64,000 bases of DNA from Lachnospiraceae bacterium. Its GTDB lineage: Bacteria; Bacillota; Clostridia; Lachnospirales; Lachnospiraceae. Both the position numbers and the translations under genes were made by a program. This document shows, one piece after another, positions 10,050 through 19,059 of the stretch. Below the pieces are notes generated by a model. That model saw nothing but the letters and a program-made list of their open reading frames with translations. It made no database searches and was not told where the DNA came from. The stretch is taken from positions 37,031 to 101,030 of the forward strand of contig JAILJC010000180.1 in NCBI GenBank assembly GCA_024694965.1, read 5' to 3'. Numbering within the stretch: the stretch's first letter is position 1; each line of letters begins with the position of its first letter.

Positions 10050-11476
10050 ACAAAACATCATGCCGCATGGGACGTATGTGCGGATTCCTTACGATCATCC
10101 TGTTCGCCGCACTGTTGTCCGGATGCGACAAAGCCGATTCCGATACGGTAACGCTGCGCATATGCAACTGGGAAGAATATATCGATGAAGGGGACTGGGA
10201 TGAAGACGAAGCCATAGAGCTTGATGACGGAACACGCATAATCGGGCAGAACAGCCTGGTCGAGGATTTTGAAGAGTGGTACTTTGAAACCTATGGTGTC
10301 AGGGTAAAGGTGGAATACTCTACCTTCGGCACAAATGAAGAGCTGTACAACCAGATAACGATAGGGGATGTATATGATCTTGTATGTCCTTCCGAATACA
10401 TGATAATGAAGATGATGAGGGAGGGCATGCTTGAACCTTACTCCGAGGACTTTTCTGATGCGGGGAAAGCAGGTAATTACTATTCAAAGGGTGTTTCGCC
10501 CTACATAAGAGGAGTATTTGACAACCTTTCGATAAACGGCGAGCGGCTTGATAAATATGCGGCCGGATATATGTGGGGGACGCTCGGGATCGTATACAAT
10601 CCTGATGAGATAACTGACGAAGAGGCAAAACACTGGAATATCCTTCTTAATAAGGACTATTACAGGCGCATTACGATAAAGGACAGCGTAAGGGATGCTT
10701 ATTTTGCGGCGATAGCTATCGATTATTTCGATGAGATAACCGATCCCGTTATTAAAAATTCACCTGATTACAACAGGCGGCTGTCCGAAATGCTCAACAG
10801 GACGGATCCTGATACGGTTAAGGAAGTCGAAGAGATACTTATCCGGGCTAAGGATAATGTCTATTCCTTTGAGACGGACAGCGGTAAGGCCGATATGGTA
10901 ACGGGCAAGGTGATAGCCAACGAGCAATGGTCGGGTGATGCGGTATATACCCTGGATCAGGCTGAAGAGGACGGATTTATGCTGCGCTACTCGGCTCCAG
11001 AGGAGGGTACCAATCTGTGGTTTGACGGATGGGTGATGTTAAAAGCCGGTATTTCGGAGGATGCGGCAAAGAAGCAGGCGGCCGAAGCATTTGTTAATTT
11101 CTTAAGCCGGCCGGAGAATGCTGTAAGGAACATGTATTATATTGGATACACTTCCGTGATATCAGGCGGTGATTCCGATGTTATCTTTGATTACATTAAC
11201 TACAATTATGCCGCGGAGGATGAGGAAGACGCAGTAGGGTACGACGATATCGGTTATTTCTTTGAAGATGACAGTGAAGATGCGAACGAGAAATATACGG
11301 TGATAACTACCAAAGACCAGACAAAACGTCAGCTGTATGCCCAGTATCCGCCGAAATCGGTAGTGGACCGTTCGGTCGTAATGGCATGTTTTGACGATGA
11401 GAGCAATGAGCGCATAAACAGGTCCTGGACGAATGTGCGGTGTTTTGATCTAAAGAAGCTGTTTGGCAGGAAATAG
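10046..11476 (+). CDS. potD: Polyamine-type ABC transporter substrate-binding lipoprotein (large PotD-like)
   Basis: Lipobox LLSGC, operon position after potABC, acidic mature N-terminus. Confidence 0.78.
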   Translation: MNKTSCRMGRMCGFLTIILFAALLSGCDKADSDTVTLRICNWEEYIDEGDWDEDEAIELDDGTRIIGQNSLVEDFEEWYFETYGVRVKVEYSTFGTNEELYNQITIGDVYDLVCPSEYMIMKMMREGMLEPYSEDFSDAGKAGNYYSKGVSPYIRGVFDNLSINGERLDKYAAGYMWGTLGIVYNPDEITDEEAKHWNILLNKDYYRRITIKDSVRDAYFAAIAIDYFDEITDPVIKNSPDYNRRLSEMLNRTDPDTVKEVEEILIRAKDNVYSFETDSGKADMVTGKVIANEQWSGDAVYTLDQAEEDGFMLRYSAPEEGTNLWFDGWVMLKAGISEDAAKKQAAEAFVNFLSRPENAVRNMYYIGYTSVISGGDSDVIFDYINYNYAAEDEEDAVGYDDIGYFFEDDSEDANEKYTVITTKDQTKRQLYAQYPPKSVVDRSVVMACFDDESNERINRSWTNVRCFDLKKLFGRK

Positions 11477-11481
11477 GGATA

Positions 11482-12177
11482 TCAGTCACCGGTCTTTTTG
11501 TTCCAGCGTTTGTAGAATATGTAGGCGAGTATCCCTGCGATCAGCGAAAATGCGAGAATGATCAGAAATGCCTTGTAATCCGACCGGTAGGCGGCATTTC
11601 CCATAAGGGTGCTGGTCAGTATTGACGGTATCCTGCCTACGGATACTATTATGAACCATTCAAATACAGATATATTGCTTAATCCGGCTATATAACAGAA
11701 CTGATCCTTTGGAGTGTTCGGGATCATAAAGGATATGAACATGAACAGCTTGAGCTTTGGCCGGTTAAGTATCGCGGCATATTTCTCAAACTCATCATGT
11801 CTGAAAAAAAAGTTTATGACTTTCATCCCAAAGCGCCTGACAAGGAGAAAAACGATCATGCTGCCCAAAGTATCACCGATGATGCAGAGTATCGTACCGC
11901 CCAATGCGCCGTAGGAATATCCGGCAGCAATGTTTACGGGACCTGCCGGGATCACGGAAATGATGACCTGGAGGACTTCAAGTCCTATGAATATAAGCCA
12001 GCCCCACGGACCATAGCTTTGTATCCATGCGCGGAATTCTTCTTTGTCTGCCATCATCTCGATGATCGGCTCGCTGAAGTAGAGCACAAGCCCTGTCATT
12101 ACGATAATGGTAACAACCAGTGCAAGTGTTGCGGTCCAGAACTTTTTTGATTTAAGTAATTGCTTTATCATATGCAC
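11482..12177 (-). CDS. TVP38/TMEM64 (DedA-related) family membrane protein
   Basis: Polytopic membrane protein with the VTT-domain pattern (FIGLEVLQVIISVIPAGP..., IPNTPKD). Confidence 0.75.
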   Translation of the reverse strand: MHMIKQLLKSKKFWTATLALVVTIIVMTGLVLYFSEPIIEMMADKEEFRAWIQSYGPWGWLIFIGLEVLQVIISVIPAGPVNIAAGYSYGALGGTILCIIGDTLGSMIVFLLVRRFGMKVINFFFRHDEFEKYAAILNRPKLKLFMFISFMIPNTPKDQFCYIAGLSNISVFEWFIIVSVGRIPSILTSTLMGNAAYRSDYKAFLIILAFSLIAGILAYIFYKRWNKKTGD

Positions 12178-12290
12178 TTCATATTATTATATGCATGTTG
12201 TGAAGTCAACAAATTATTTGTTGACATAAGGAGACTTAAGGGCTATTATTCCTATGGTGTGCTTTGAGATGTTTTGGAGGAATGATTCTT

Positions 12291-12992
12291 ATGGATTCTA
12301 AAACGTTCAGGAAATACGGCGTTTTTTTAAAGCATAAGCTGAGCAAGTTTTTACCGCTGTTTATATTCTTTATTTCATATATGGTGCTCTTTTCGGTCAT
12401 TGAGTCTGCCGAGGCGCCGGAATATCACTATACTTACATGAGGCTCGATCGCCTGATCCCATTCTGTGAGTATTTTGTAATACCGTATTTTGCATGGTTT
12501 TTAATGATACCTTCGGTTTGTATTTATCTCCTTATGCAAAAAGAAAGCGAATATAAGAGGATGAGTTACATGCTTGTCTTCGGAATGAGCGTATTTATCG
12601 TGTTTTCACTGATCGTACCAACCAAGTTGTATTTAAGGCCGTGTTTTATCCCGGGAGATAATCTGTGCAGCAGGCTTGTGGCATATCTTTATTCGATAGA
12701 TACGTCAACCAACGTATTTCCGAGTATTCATGTATACAATACCTGTGTTGCGATGCAGGCCGTAATGAGGAGCAATACGAAGCTGTTTAAGAAGGCCGGG
12801 ATGCGGATAGGGATCGATGTGCTTTCGGTGCTCATCATACTGTCAACCGTGTTTATAAAACAGCACTCTCTGCTGGATGTTGCGGGTGCTCTTATTCTGT
12901 TTGTTCTGGCCGACAGGCTGGTAAGCCTGTATGTCGGTGACAATGTTGTGGAGCCTGTTTTTAATAAGGAGGGAGCAGAGGAAAGAGCCTGA
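12291..12992 (+). CDS. PAP2-superfamily membrane phosphatase-like protein
   Basis: Polytopic protein with PAP2-like motifs: LRP, FPSIHV and KQHSLLDV. Start set at ATG 12291, nine nt after GGAGGA; ATG 12282 is also possible. Confidence 0.6.
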   Translation: MDSKTFRKYGVFLKHKLSKFLPLFIFFISYMVLFSVIESAEAPEYHYTYMRLDRLIPFCEYFVIPYFAWFLMIPSVCIYLLMQKESEYKRMSYMLVFGMSVFIVFSLIVPTKLYLRPCFIPGDNLCSRLVAYLYSIDTSTNVFPSIHVYNTCVAMQAVMRSNTKLFKKAGMRIGIDVLSVLIILSTVFIKQHSLLDVAGALILFVLADRLVSLYVGDNVVEPVFNKEGAEERA

Positions 12993-13100
12993 GTTCATAA
13001 AATGTTTATAAAATATTTACAATATGTTAATATTTCAACATCTTGACTCTTTTGCTACCACAATCCACAAAATATTGATGTTATGTATACTAAATATGAA

Positions 13101-13127
13101 AAAACGCCCTATAAACGGGCGTTTTTT
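13101..13127. terminator. Rho-independent terminator, possibly bidirectional
   Basis: aaaaCGCCC-tataaac-GGGCGtttttt: a GC stem flanked by an A-run and a T-run. Confidence 0.6.
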
Positions 13128-13239
13128 ATTATGCCACAAAGCCCCTGCATACTGGAAATAGAGCAGTGTTTCTGATAGAATTATGAAGGATATGCATGAT
13201 AATAGTGCAAATTATGTAACCTACAGGGGGAATAAATAG

Positions 13240-14751
13240 ATGAATAAGATGAGGAATATTTTATTTAAGGGCGTCATTTTCGCACTGGCCGTATTATATG
13301 CGGCTGCGTTCATTAATATAAAAGAAGCTTCGGCAGCTGAGAAATATGAGGACTACACCGATAAGATGATCGTCCTTCTTTCGGATCCCAGGCATGACGG
13401 AAAAGAAGTGAATGACACGGTCGAGGAGCTCAGGGAGGTATACGAGAGCATAGGGGCCGAAGTTATTTCCGCTAATGTTGAATTTGATGAAAACGGAGAA
13501 ACCAATATAAATGTTACCGGTGATATTAGCGGGTTGCTGAGTATCGGGTCCGGCGAGAGCGATGCTATGCTCATCCTTGATAAGATATTGGAGAAAGGCT
13601 TTTCGAATGTCGAGATAATCGTAGTAGACGGTGATGAGGATCCCGCAAAATATTATCCGAAGAAAGCGGCAGAAGAAACAGAAGAGGCGACCGAAGAGGA
13701 ATCCGATGATGCGGATGAGGCTGGAGAGGCCGAAGAAGAAGCAGTAGAGGAAGAAGCAGTAGAGGAAGAAGCAGTAGAAGAAGAAGCAGTAGAAGAAGAA
13801 GCAGCTGAAGAGGCCGAGGAAGAGATCGAAGAGGAAGCCGTGGAGGAAGAAGCGGTAGAAGAGGAAGCAGAAGCTGAAGAAGAAGCGGTAGAAGAGGAAG
13901 CGGTAGAAGAGGAAGCGGTAGAAGAGGAAGCAGCAGAGGAAGTAGAAACATCGGCAGGCGATACAAAAGCAGATAAAGCAGCTGCAGAGGAGTCAATAGA
14001 AGAGGAAGCTGCAGAGGAAGAGGCTGAGGCCGAGGAGGAAGCAGCTGAGGAAACAACAGCGGATAAAGCGGCTGAGGAGACAGAAACAGAGACAGAAGCG
14101 GAATCCGTAGATGCGGAGGAGGCTGCGGCTCAGGAAGCCGAAGAAATCCTTGCTGAGGTTGAAAAAGAAGCAGCTGAAGAAGAGGCGGATGATAACGAAG
14201 CGGCAAAGGATGAGGCGGCCGCTATCATAGAAGAGGCTCAAAAACAGGCAGATTCCATTATTGCCGATGCTAAGAAGCAGGCGGAACAGATCATAGATGA
14301 AGCCGGTGATAAGGCTGAGGAAATAGCAAGCGAAGCTGAAAAGAACGCTGAAGAAATTGCAAGTGAAGCCGAAAAGAAGGCTGAAGAAATAGTGAGTGAA
14401 GCTGAGAGTAAAGCCGAAGAAACAATAAGTGAAGCCGAGAGCAAAGCCGAAAAAACAATAAGCGAGGCCGAGAGCAAAGCCGACGAGACAGTGTCGGAAG
14501 AAGATAAACATGACGAAGAAAAGATAAAAGAAAAAAAAGCCCCGGCTTCTTCTCAAGACGAGGATACTTCTGTATCCGAAAATCAGGATGGTTCATATAA
14601 GGTTGTTAAGGGCGACTGCCTGTGGAACATAGCCAAGGAAAAACTTGGCGACGGAACCAGGTGGGTCGAGATATATGAACTGAATTCAAATATCATATTA
14701 AACCCGTCGCTCATTGACGTAGGTCAGGTATTCGTACTTCCTCCGGCCTAG
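13240..14751 (+). CDS. Secreted LysM-domain protein with a long acidic repeat region
   Basis: N-terminal signal/anchor helix and roughly 300 aa of E/A-rich repeats. C-terminal LysM: YKVVKGDCLWNIAKEKLGDGTRWVEIYELN...GQVFVLP. Confidence 0.8.
   Translation: MNKMRNILFKGVIFALAVLYAAAFINIKEASAAEKYEDYTDKMIVLLSDPRHDGKEVNDTVEELREVYESIGAEVISANVEFDENGETNINVTGDISGLLSIGSGESDAMLILDKILEKGFSNVEIIVVDGDEDPAKYYPKKAAEETEEATEEESDDADEAGEAEEEAVEEEAVEEEAVEEEAVEEEAAEEAEEEIEEEAVEEEAVEEEAEAEEEAVEEEAVEEEAVEEEAAEEVETSAGDTKADKAAAEESIEEEAAEEEAEAEEEAAEETTADKAAEETETETEAESVDAEEAAAQEAEEILAEVEKEAAEEEADDNEAAKDEAAAIIEEAQKQADSIIADAKKQAEQIIDEAGDKAEEIASEAEKNAEEIASEAEKKAEEIVSEAESKAEETISEAESKAEKTISEAESKADETVSEEDKHDEEKIKEKKAPASSQDEDTSVSENQDGSYKVVKGDCLWNIAKEKLGDGTRWVEIYELNSNIILNPSLIDVGQVFVLPPA
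13732..13945 (+). repeat. 15-bp in-frame tandem repeat (GAAGAAGCNGTAGAR, encoding EEAVE), about 14 units with variants
   Basis: Read directly from the sequence. It encodes (EEAVE)n inside the LysM gene. Confidence 0.85.
14317..14484 (+). repeat. 33-bp in-frame tandem repeat, about 5 units (EEI[AV]SEAE[KS]KA)
   Basis: Five consecutive diverged copies of gaagaaatagcaagcgaagctgaaaagaacgct. Confidence 0.8.
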
Positions 14752-14777
14752 AAGACAAATCCGCAATACCGGACAGA

Positions 14778-15434
14778 TCAGAAATTCATACGTTTTCTGA
14801 TCTCATTGGATACTTTGCGCCCTTTGAATATGATTATTCCGATCAGCGACACGAAGCTGACCATGAGACAGATTGTCCATACAAGTCCCGTATCGATCCG
14901 TTTTGCCATGAGCACGGCGTAAATCACTATCACTAAAAATATGTTCCCAAGAAGATATACGAGCGCATTTTCGGTCGTATCTGTCATGGCGAAAACAAGG
15001 TTGGTCAAAAGTGCCGCACCAAGGAGTATCGGGATTATCATATAAGCGGCTATATCCATGAATCCAAAGTACCATCCCGTGAGCAGCAGAAGCAGGCATA
15101 TATGCAGCGTGCTTATGCTGACAGTGCGCGAGATTACCAAAAGCCGCTTGATATTGGCGCTTAAGTCAAATTCGAAAACGATGAGCCATAGGGCGATCAC
15201 GAGGCTGTAATGCGTTCCGTTGTTAAGCCCGAGAAGATAGTCAAGGGAAATCCCCACCGCTATCGTGGCCAGTACAAGGAAAAGCTGCAGTTTATATAAA
15301 AAGGCCTGTGCCCTCAGACGGCTGGGCGAAGGCCAGTTATCAGCGGTCGCATCCCCGGTGAGAGAGTTCTGACATAAAGGACAGCTGTCCGCATGTCCGC
15401 CTATTTTGATATTACAATTTAAACATTTCCTCAT
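14778..15434 (-). CDS. Zinc-ribbon plus polytopic membrane protein (I recall this family as DUF6320-like)
   Basis: N-terminal CxxC...CxxC (CLNCNIKIGGHADSCPLCQ) followed by about 5 TM helices. Lies 4 nt downstream of the acyltransferase gene. Confidence 0.6.
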   Translation of the reverse strand: MRKCLNCNIKIGGHADSCPLCQNSLTGDATADNWPSPSRLRAQAFLYKLQLFLVLATIAVGISLDYLLGLNNGTHYSLVIALWLIVFEFDLSANIKRLLVISRTVSISTLHICLLLLLTGWYFGFMDIAAYMIIPILLGAALLTNLVFAMTDTTENALVYLLGNIFLVIVIYAVLMAKRIDTGLVWTICLMVSFVSLIGIIIFKGRKVSNEIRKRMNF

Positions 15435-15438
15435 GTTA

Positions 15439-16701
15439 TTAACGGATCACCTCCGTGGCATACATGTACATATCGGTCCCCGATTCGTTGATCATGCTTA
15501 AAAGCCGCCTGATCACACCGGTACCGGAATAAGCCGAAGTTATGCCAAGAACAAGATCATCCCCGTAGCTGGTTGCCGTAATGAACATACTGTCTGTACT
15601 GCAGAAATCCGTGAATCCCCGGATATACGGCTGGGTCTGTGGCGGCATATCTATGGGTCCAAGGTTTGAAAGTACCGCAGTGACAGTCTTTTCCTCCCTT
15701 CCTGAGAACATGCGAACTATGGGCTGCTTTATAAACAGCGGCACCATTCTGGTAAGAAACAGCTGCTCAATGCTCTGATAGCGGTTCATCTGCTCCTTGA
15801 TAAGCTCGGGTTTGAGGCTTGACTTGAGTTTGCCGTCAAATTCAGCCGCCAGTTCTTCAAGGGTTTCCGTACCGTCAAAATAATGGGAGACATCCACATT
15901 ATTGAAGAAATTGCGCAGCGTATCGGAAGGATAGTACTTACGCAGGTTCACGGGCATTGAGATCGTGACCGGACGCCTGCGCTGCCTTATAGGCATGTCT
16001 GCCCGGATAGCCAGCATAAGAGAGGCTCCCAGGTAGCTGGTCAGGCTTACGTTAAGCTTCCTTGCGCTTTTAAGCAGCCTCGCAGAGTCAAGATGCACCT
16101 CAAAATACTGGAGCTGATTGTAGGGAAGCTTTCGGCTTAAGATCCTGTAAGCCCGTTTTTTCTTATTAAGGATCGTTTTCGGTATAGGCCCGTTGCTGTC
16201 ATCGTAAAAATGATCGTAGCTGTTCTGCGAGCGGTCATCGGATGAGGCGGAATCCGGAAGTGACACCTCATTAAGCTGCCCCGGATATCTCAATTTGAGA
16301 TAATTGAGGACAAGAAGCTTAAGTAGGATGAATGCTCCGGTCCCATCGCATATCGCATGAAACATGTCGATGTTTATCCTGTCATTATAATATGTAACAA
16401 GATAGTGGAGCACACCCTTGTAACTGCCGCCGTACAGCGAGGGGCACGGACCGAGCGTTTCGGGCATTGCGACGGGAGCAGTATCTGTCTGCTCGAGATA
16501 ATGCCAAAAAAAGCCGCGGCGTATCCTGACCTGGATCTGAGGACGGTGCTTAACCGTAATCTCAAGAGCCTGCTGTAACACATCGGCGTCTACGGGTTCG
16601 TTTAAGATGCAGCTCACCCTGATCGAACGCGGATTCCTTTTGTTGTGCGCGGCAAGGAAAACCTTTGCCACGTTGTCAAGCCTGTACCAATTTTCGTCCA
16701 T
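15439..16701 (-). CDS. Condensation / alcohol-acetyltransferase-like acyltransferase (HxxxD family)
   Basis: Catalytic-type motif HAICDGTG (HxxxDG). About 420 aa. Start uncertain: ATG at 16701 or GTG at 16710, with no strong RBS. Confidence 0.6.
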   Translation of the reverse strand: MDENWYRLDNVAKVFLAAHNKRNPRSIRVSCILNEPVDADVLQQALEITVKHRPQIQVRIRRGFFWHYLEQTDTAPVAMPETLGPCPSLYGGSYKGVLHYLVTYYNDRINIDMFHAICDGTGAFILLKLLVLNYLKLRYPGQLNEVSLPDSASSDDRSQNSYDHFYDDSNGPIPKTILNKKKRAYRILSRKLPYNQLQYFEVHLDSARLLKSARKLNVSLTSYLGASLMLAIRADMPIRQRRRPVTISMPVNLRKYYPSDTLRNFFNNVDVSHYFDGTETLEELAAEFDGKLKSSLKPELIKEQMNRYQSIEQLFLTRMVPLFIKQPIVRMFSGREEKTVTAVLSNLGPIDMPPQTQPYIRGFTDFCSTDSMFITATSYGDDLVLGITSAYSGTGVIRRLLSMINESGTDMYMYATEVIR

Positions 16702-16854
16702 ACAATACACAATACCATATTTATGGTCAGAATCAAAGAACAGGATGCAAAAAACACAATATTTTGTATTGATAAACTTTTCGTTAGGGATTAAAATGGA
16801 AAGGACGGAGCCTTAGGGCTTGTTACAGGATGAAGTATTTCAAGGGAGGTTTGT

Positions 16855-18276
16855 ATGGAACAGAAAGGAATGGAGCCCATCAGGGACGCCAAGACTCTCG
16901 GCAAAGGCAGGATGTTGATCCTCGGACTGCAGCATATGTTTGCGATGTTCGGAGCGACCGTGCTTGTGCCGATTCTTGTGGGAGGATATTTTAAGGATGC
17001 TACGGGTGAACCCGTTACAAGGGGCCTTACAGTAGCGGTTACGTTGTTTTGTGCCGGTTTCGGAACGATAATATTCCACATTTGCTCCAAGTTCAAGGTA
17101 CCGGCATTTTTAGGATCGTCCTTCGCTTTTCTGGGCGGTTTTTATACGGTTGCCAATCTCAATATGGGTAAATTCGCATCGATGGGTGCCAATGATAAGG
17201 CTGCTTATGCATGCGGCGGCGTGGTGATCGCCGGATGTCTGTATTTCATTCTTGCCATTATCATCAAGCTCGTGGGCATACATAAGGTTATGAGGTTCCT
17301 GCCCCCCATCGTTACGGGCCCCATCATTATCTGCATAGGATTGTCGCTTGCGGGATCTGCCATATCCAATGCATCGGCCAACTGGCTGCTCGCTTTTATT
17401 GCCCTGGCGGTCATTATCATATTCAATATATGGGGCAAGGGCATGTTTAAGATAATCCCCATCCTCATGGGAGTAGCGATTTCCTATCTTGTTGCCGTTA
17501 TTTTCAATGCATTCGGAATGACAAACCCCGACGGCAGTGCTCTTATTGATTTTTCTTCCGTGGCAAGTGCTTCATTTGTCGGCATCCCGGCTTTTCAGAT
17601 ATGTAAATTCGACATTACGGCGATTCTTGTAATGGCGCCTATCGCGATAGCTTCAATGATGGAGCATATCGGCGACATGTCTGCGATATCGGCGACGGTA
17701 GGCGAGAACTTTATTGAAGATCCCGGGCTTCACAGGACGCTGATGGGTGACGGACTTGCAACTGCTTTTGCGGGCTTCCTCGGCGGTCCCGCGAACACGA
17801 CATACGGTGAGAATACCGGTGTTCTGGAGCTTTCAAAGGTATATGATCCGGTAGTTATAAGGATCGCGGCGGTTATGGCGATCGTGCTTTCGTTCGTACC
17901 CAAGTTCTCAGCGATAATATCCACAATGCCGACAGCCATCATCGGCGGTATCTCTTTCATGCTTTACGGAATGATCTCGGCTATCGGTGTAAGGAATATA
18001 GTTGAAAACAGGGTGGATCTTACAAAGTCAAGGAACCTGATCATCGCCGGCGTTATCTTTGTTTGCGGACTGGGTTTCTCCGACGGTCTTACGTTTAACC
18101 TGGGAAGCACGTCTATAACACTCACCGCGCTTGCCATAGCAGCCATTGCGGGCATTATACTTAATGCGATACTTCCCGGAAATGATTATAAGTTCGGCGA
18201 AAATCCCAAGGGTGACCACAGCCACGGCGTATTCATAACTAATTCGGACAATAAAATCGAGGACAGCGATAAATAG
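16855..18276 (+). CDS. pyrP: Uracil/xanthine permease (NCS2 family)
   Basis: Start of the NCS2 pattern LGLQHMFAMFGATVLVP, about 12 TM helices, directly upstream of upp. RBS AGGGAGG. Confidence 0.85.
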   Translation: MEQKGMEPIRDAKTLGKGRMLILGLQHMFAMFGATVLVPILVGGYFKDATGEPVTRGLTVAVTLFCAGFGTIIFHICSKFKVPAFLGSSFAFLGGFYTVANLNMGKFASMGANDKAAYACGGVVIAGCLYFILAIIIKLVGIHKVMRFLPPIVTGPIIICIGLSLAGSAISNASANWLLAFIALAVIIIFNIWGKGMFKIIPILMGVAISYLVAVIFNAFGMTNPDGSALIDFSSVASASFVGIPAFQICKFDITAILVMAPIAIASMMEHIGDMSAISATVGENFIEDPGLHRTLMGDGLATAFAGFLGGPANTTYGENTGVLELSKVYDPVVIRIAAVMAIVLSFVPKFSAIISTMPTAIIGGISFMLYGMISAIGVRNIVENRVDLTKSRNLIIAGVIFVCGLGFSDGLTFNLGSTSITLTALAIAAIAGIILNAILPGNDYKFGENPKGDHSHGVFITNSDNKIEDSDK

Positions 18277-18285
18277 GAGGAACCT

Positions 18286-18930
18286 ATGAGTTACGAGAAT
18301 GAGAAAAATATAACGATCTCGAAGCATCCGCTCATCCAGCACAAGATTTCCATGTTAAGGGATAAGAATACGGGAACAAACGAATTCCGTAAGCTTGTCG
18401 AGGAGATAGCTATGCTTGAGGGTTTCGAGGCGTTAAGCGACCTTCCGATGGAAGATGTTGAGGTTGAAACCCCTATCGAGAAGTGTAAAACCCCCATGAT
18501 AGCCGGCCGCAAGCTGGCACTGGTACCGATCCTGCGCGCGGGACTCGGTATGGTAAGCGGTGTTCTGGCACTTGTGCCTACGGCCAAGGTAGGACACATC
18601 GGCATGTACCGGGATGAGGAGACGCATGAGCCTCAGGAGTATTATTGTAAGCTCCCGAGCCCTATTGAGCAGCGTACCATAGTAGTTATGGATCCTATGC
18701 TTGCAACGGGCGGTTCGGCTGTCGATGCTATCGACCAGATCAAGGCGCACGGAGGGGTGAACATCAAGTTCATGTGCATTATCGCAGCTCCGGAGGGAGT
18801 GGAAAAGCTCCGCAAGGCTCATCCGGATGTTCAGATATACATAGGCCATCTTGACAGGGAACTTAATAAGGATGCTTATATCTGTCCCGGTCTCGGAGAT
18901 GCTGGTGACAGGATCTTCGGAACCAAATAG
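18286..18930 (+). CDS. upp: Uracil phosphoribosyltransferase
   Basis: Full-length Upp pattern: [32 protein letters not shown]. Confidence 0.95.
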   Translation: MSYENEKNITISKHPLIQHKISMLRDKNTGTNEFRKLVEEIAMLEGFEALSDLPMEDVEVETPIEKCKTPMIAGRKLALVPILRAGLGMVSGVLALVPTAKVGHIGMYRDEETHEPQEYYCKLPSPIEQRTIVVMDPMLATGGSAVDAIDQIKAHGGVNIKFMCIIAAPEGVEKLRKAHPDVQIYIGHLDRELNKDAYICPGLGDAGDRIFGTK

Positions 18931-19059
18931 TACTTGAGTTTTAGGGGCGTCACCTAAGGGTGGCGCCGCTTTAGACAGCAAAGACAAAAACATTGACGAA
19001 TGGCAGCCAGTAATATTACAATTATTTGGAAAGAAAACTCGAAAGGAGACATTGTAAAA

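Noticed and set aside
13571-14596. Long minus-strand ORFs (211, 187, 101 and 79 aa) rich in Leu/Pro/Phe/Ser, lying opposite the LysM gene
   Set aside because: They are antisense read-through of the GAA/GCA-rich acidic repeats. They have low-complexity translations and no RBS, and the plus-strand gene has a signal peptide and a LysM domain.
16711-16854. Possible PyrR-binding attenuator upstream of pyrP-upp
   Set aside because: There is no match to the UCCAGAGAGG-type PyrR loop and no terminator hairpin with a U-run. Only a weak 4-bp stem is present.
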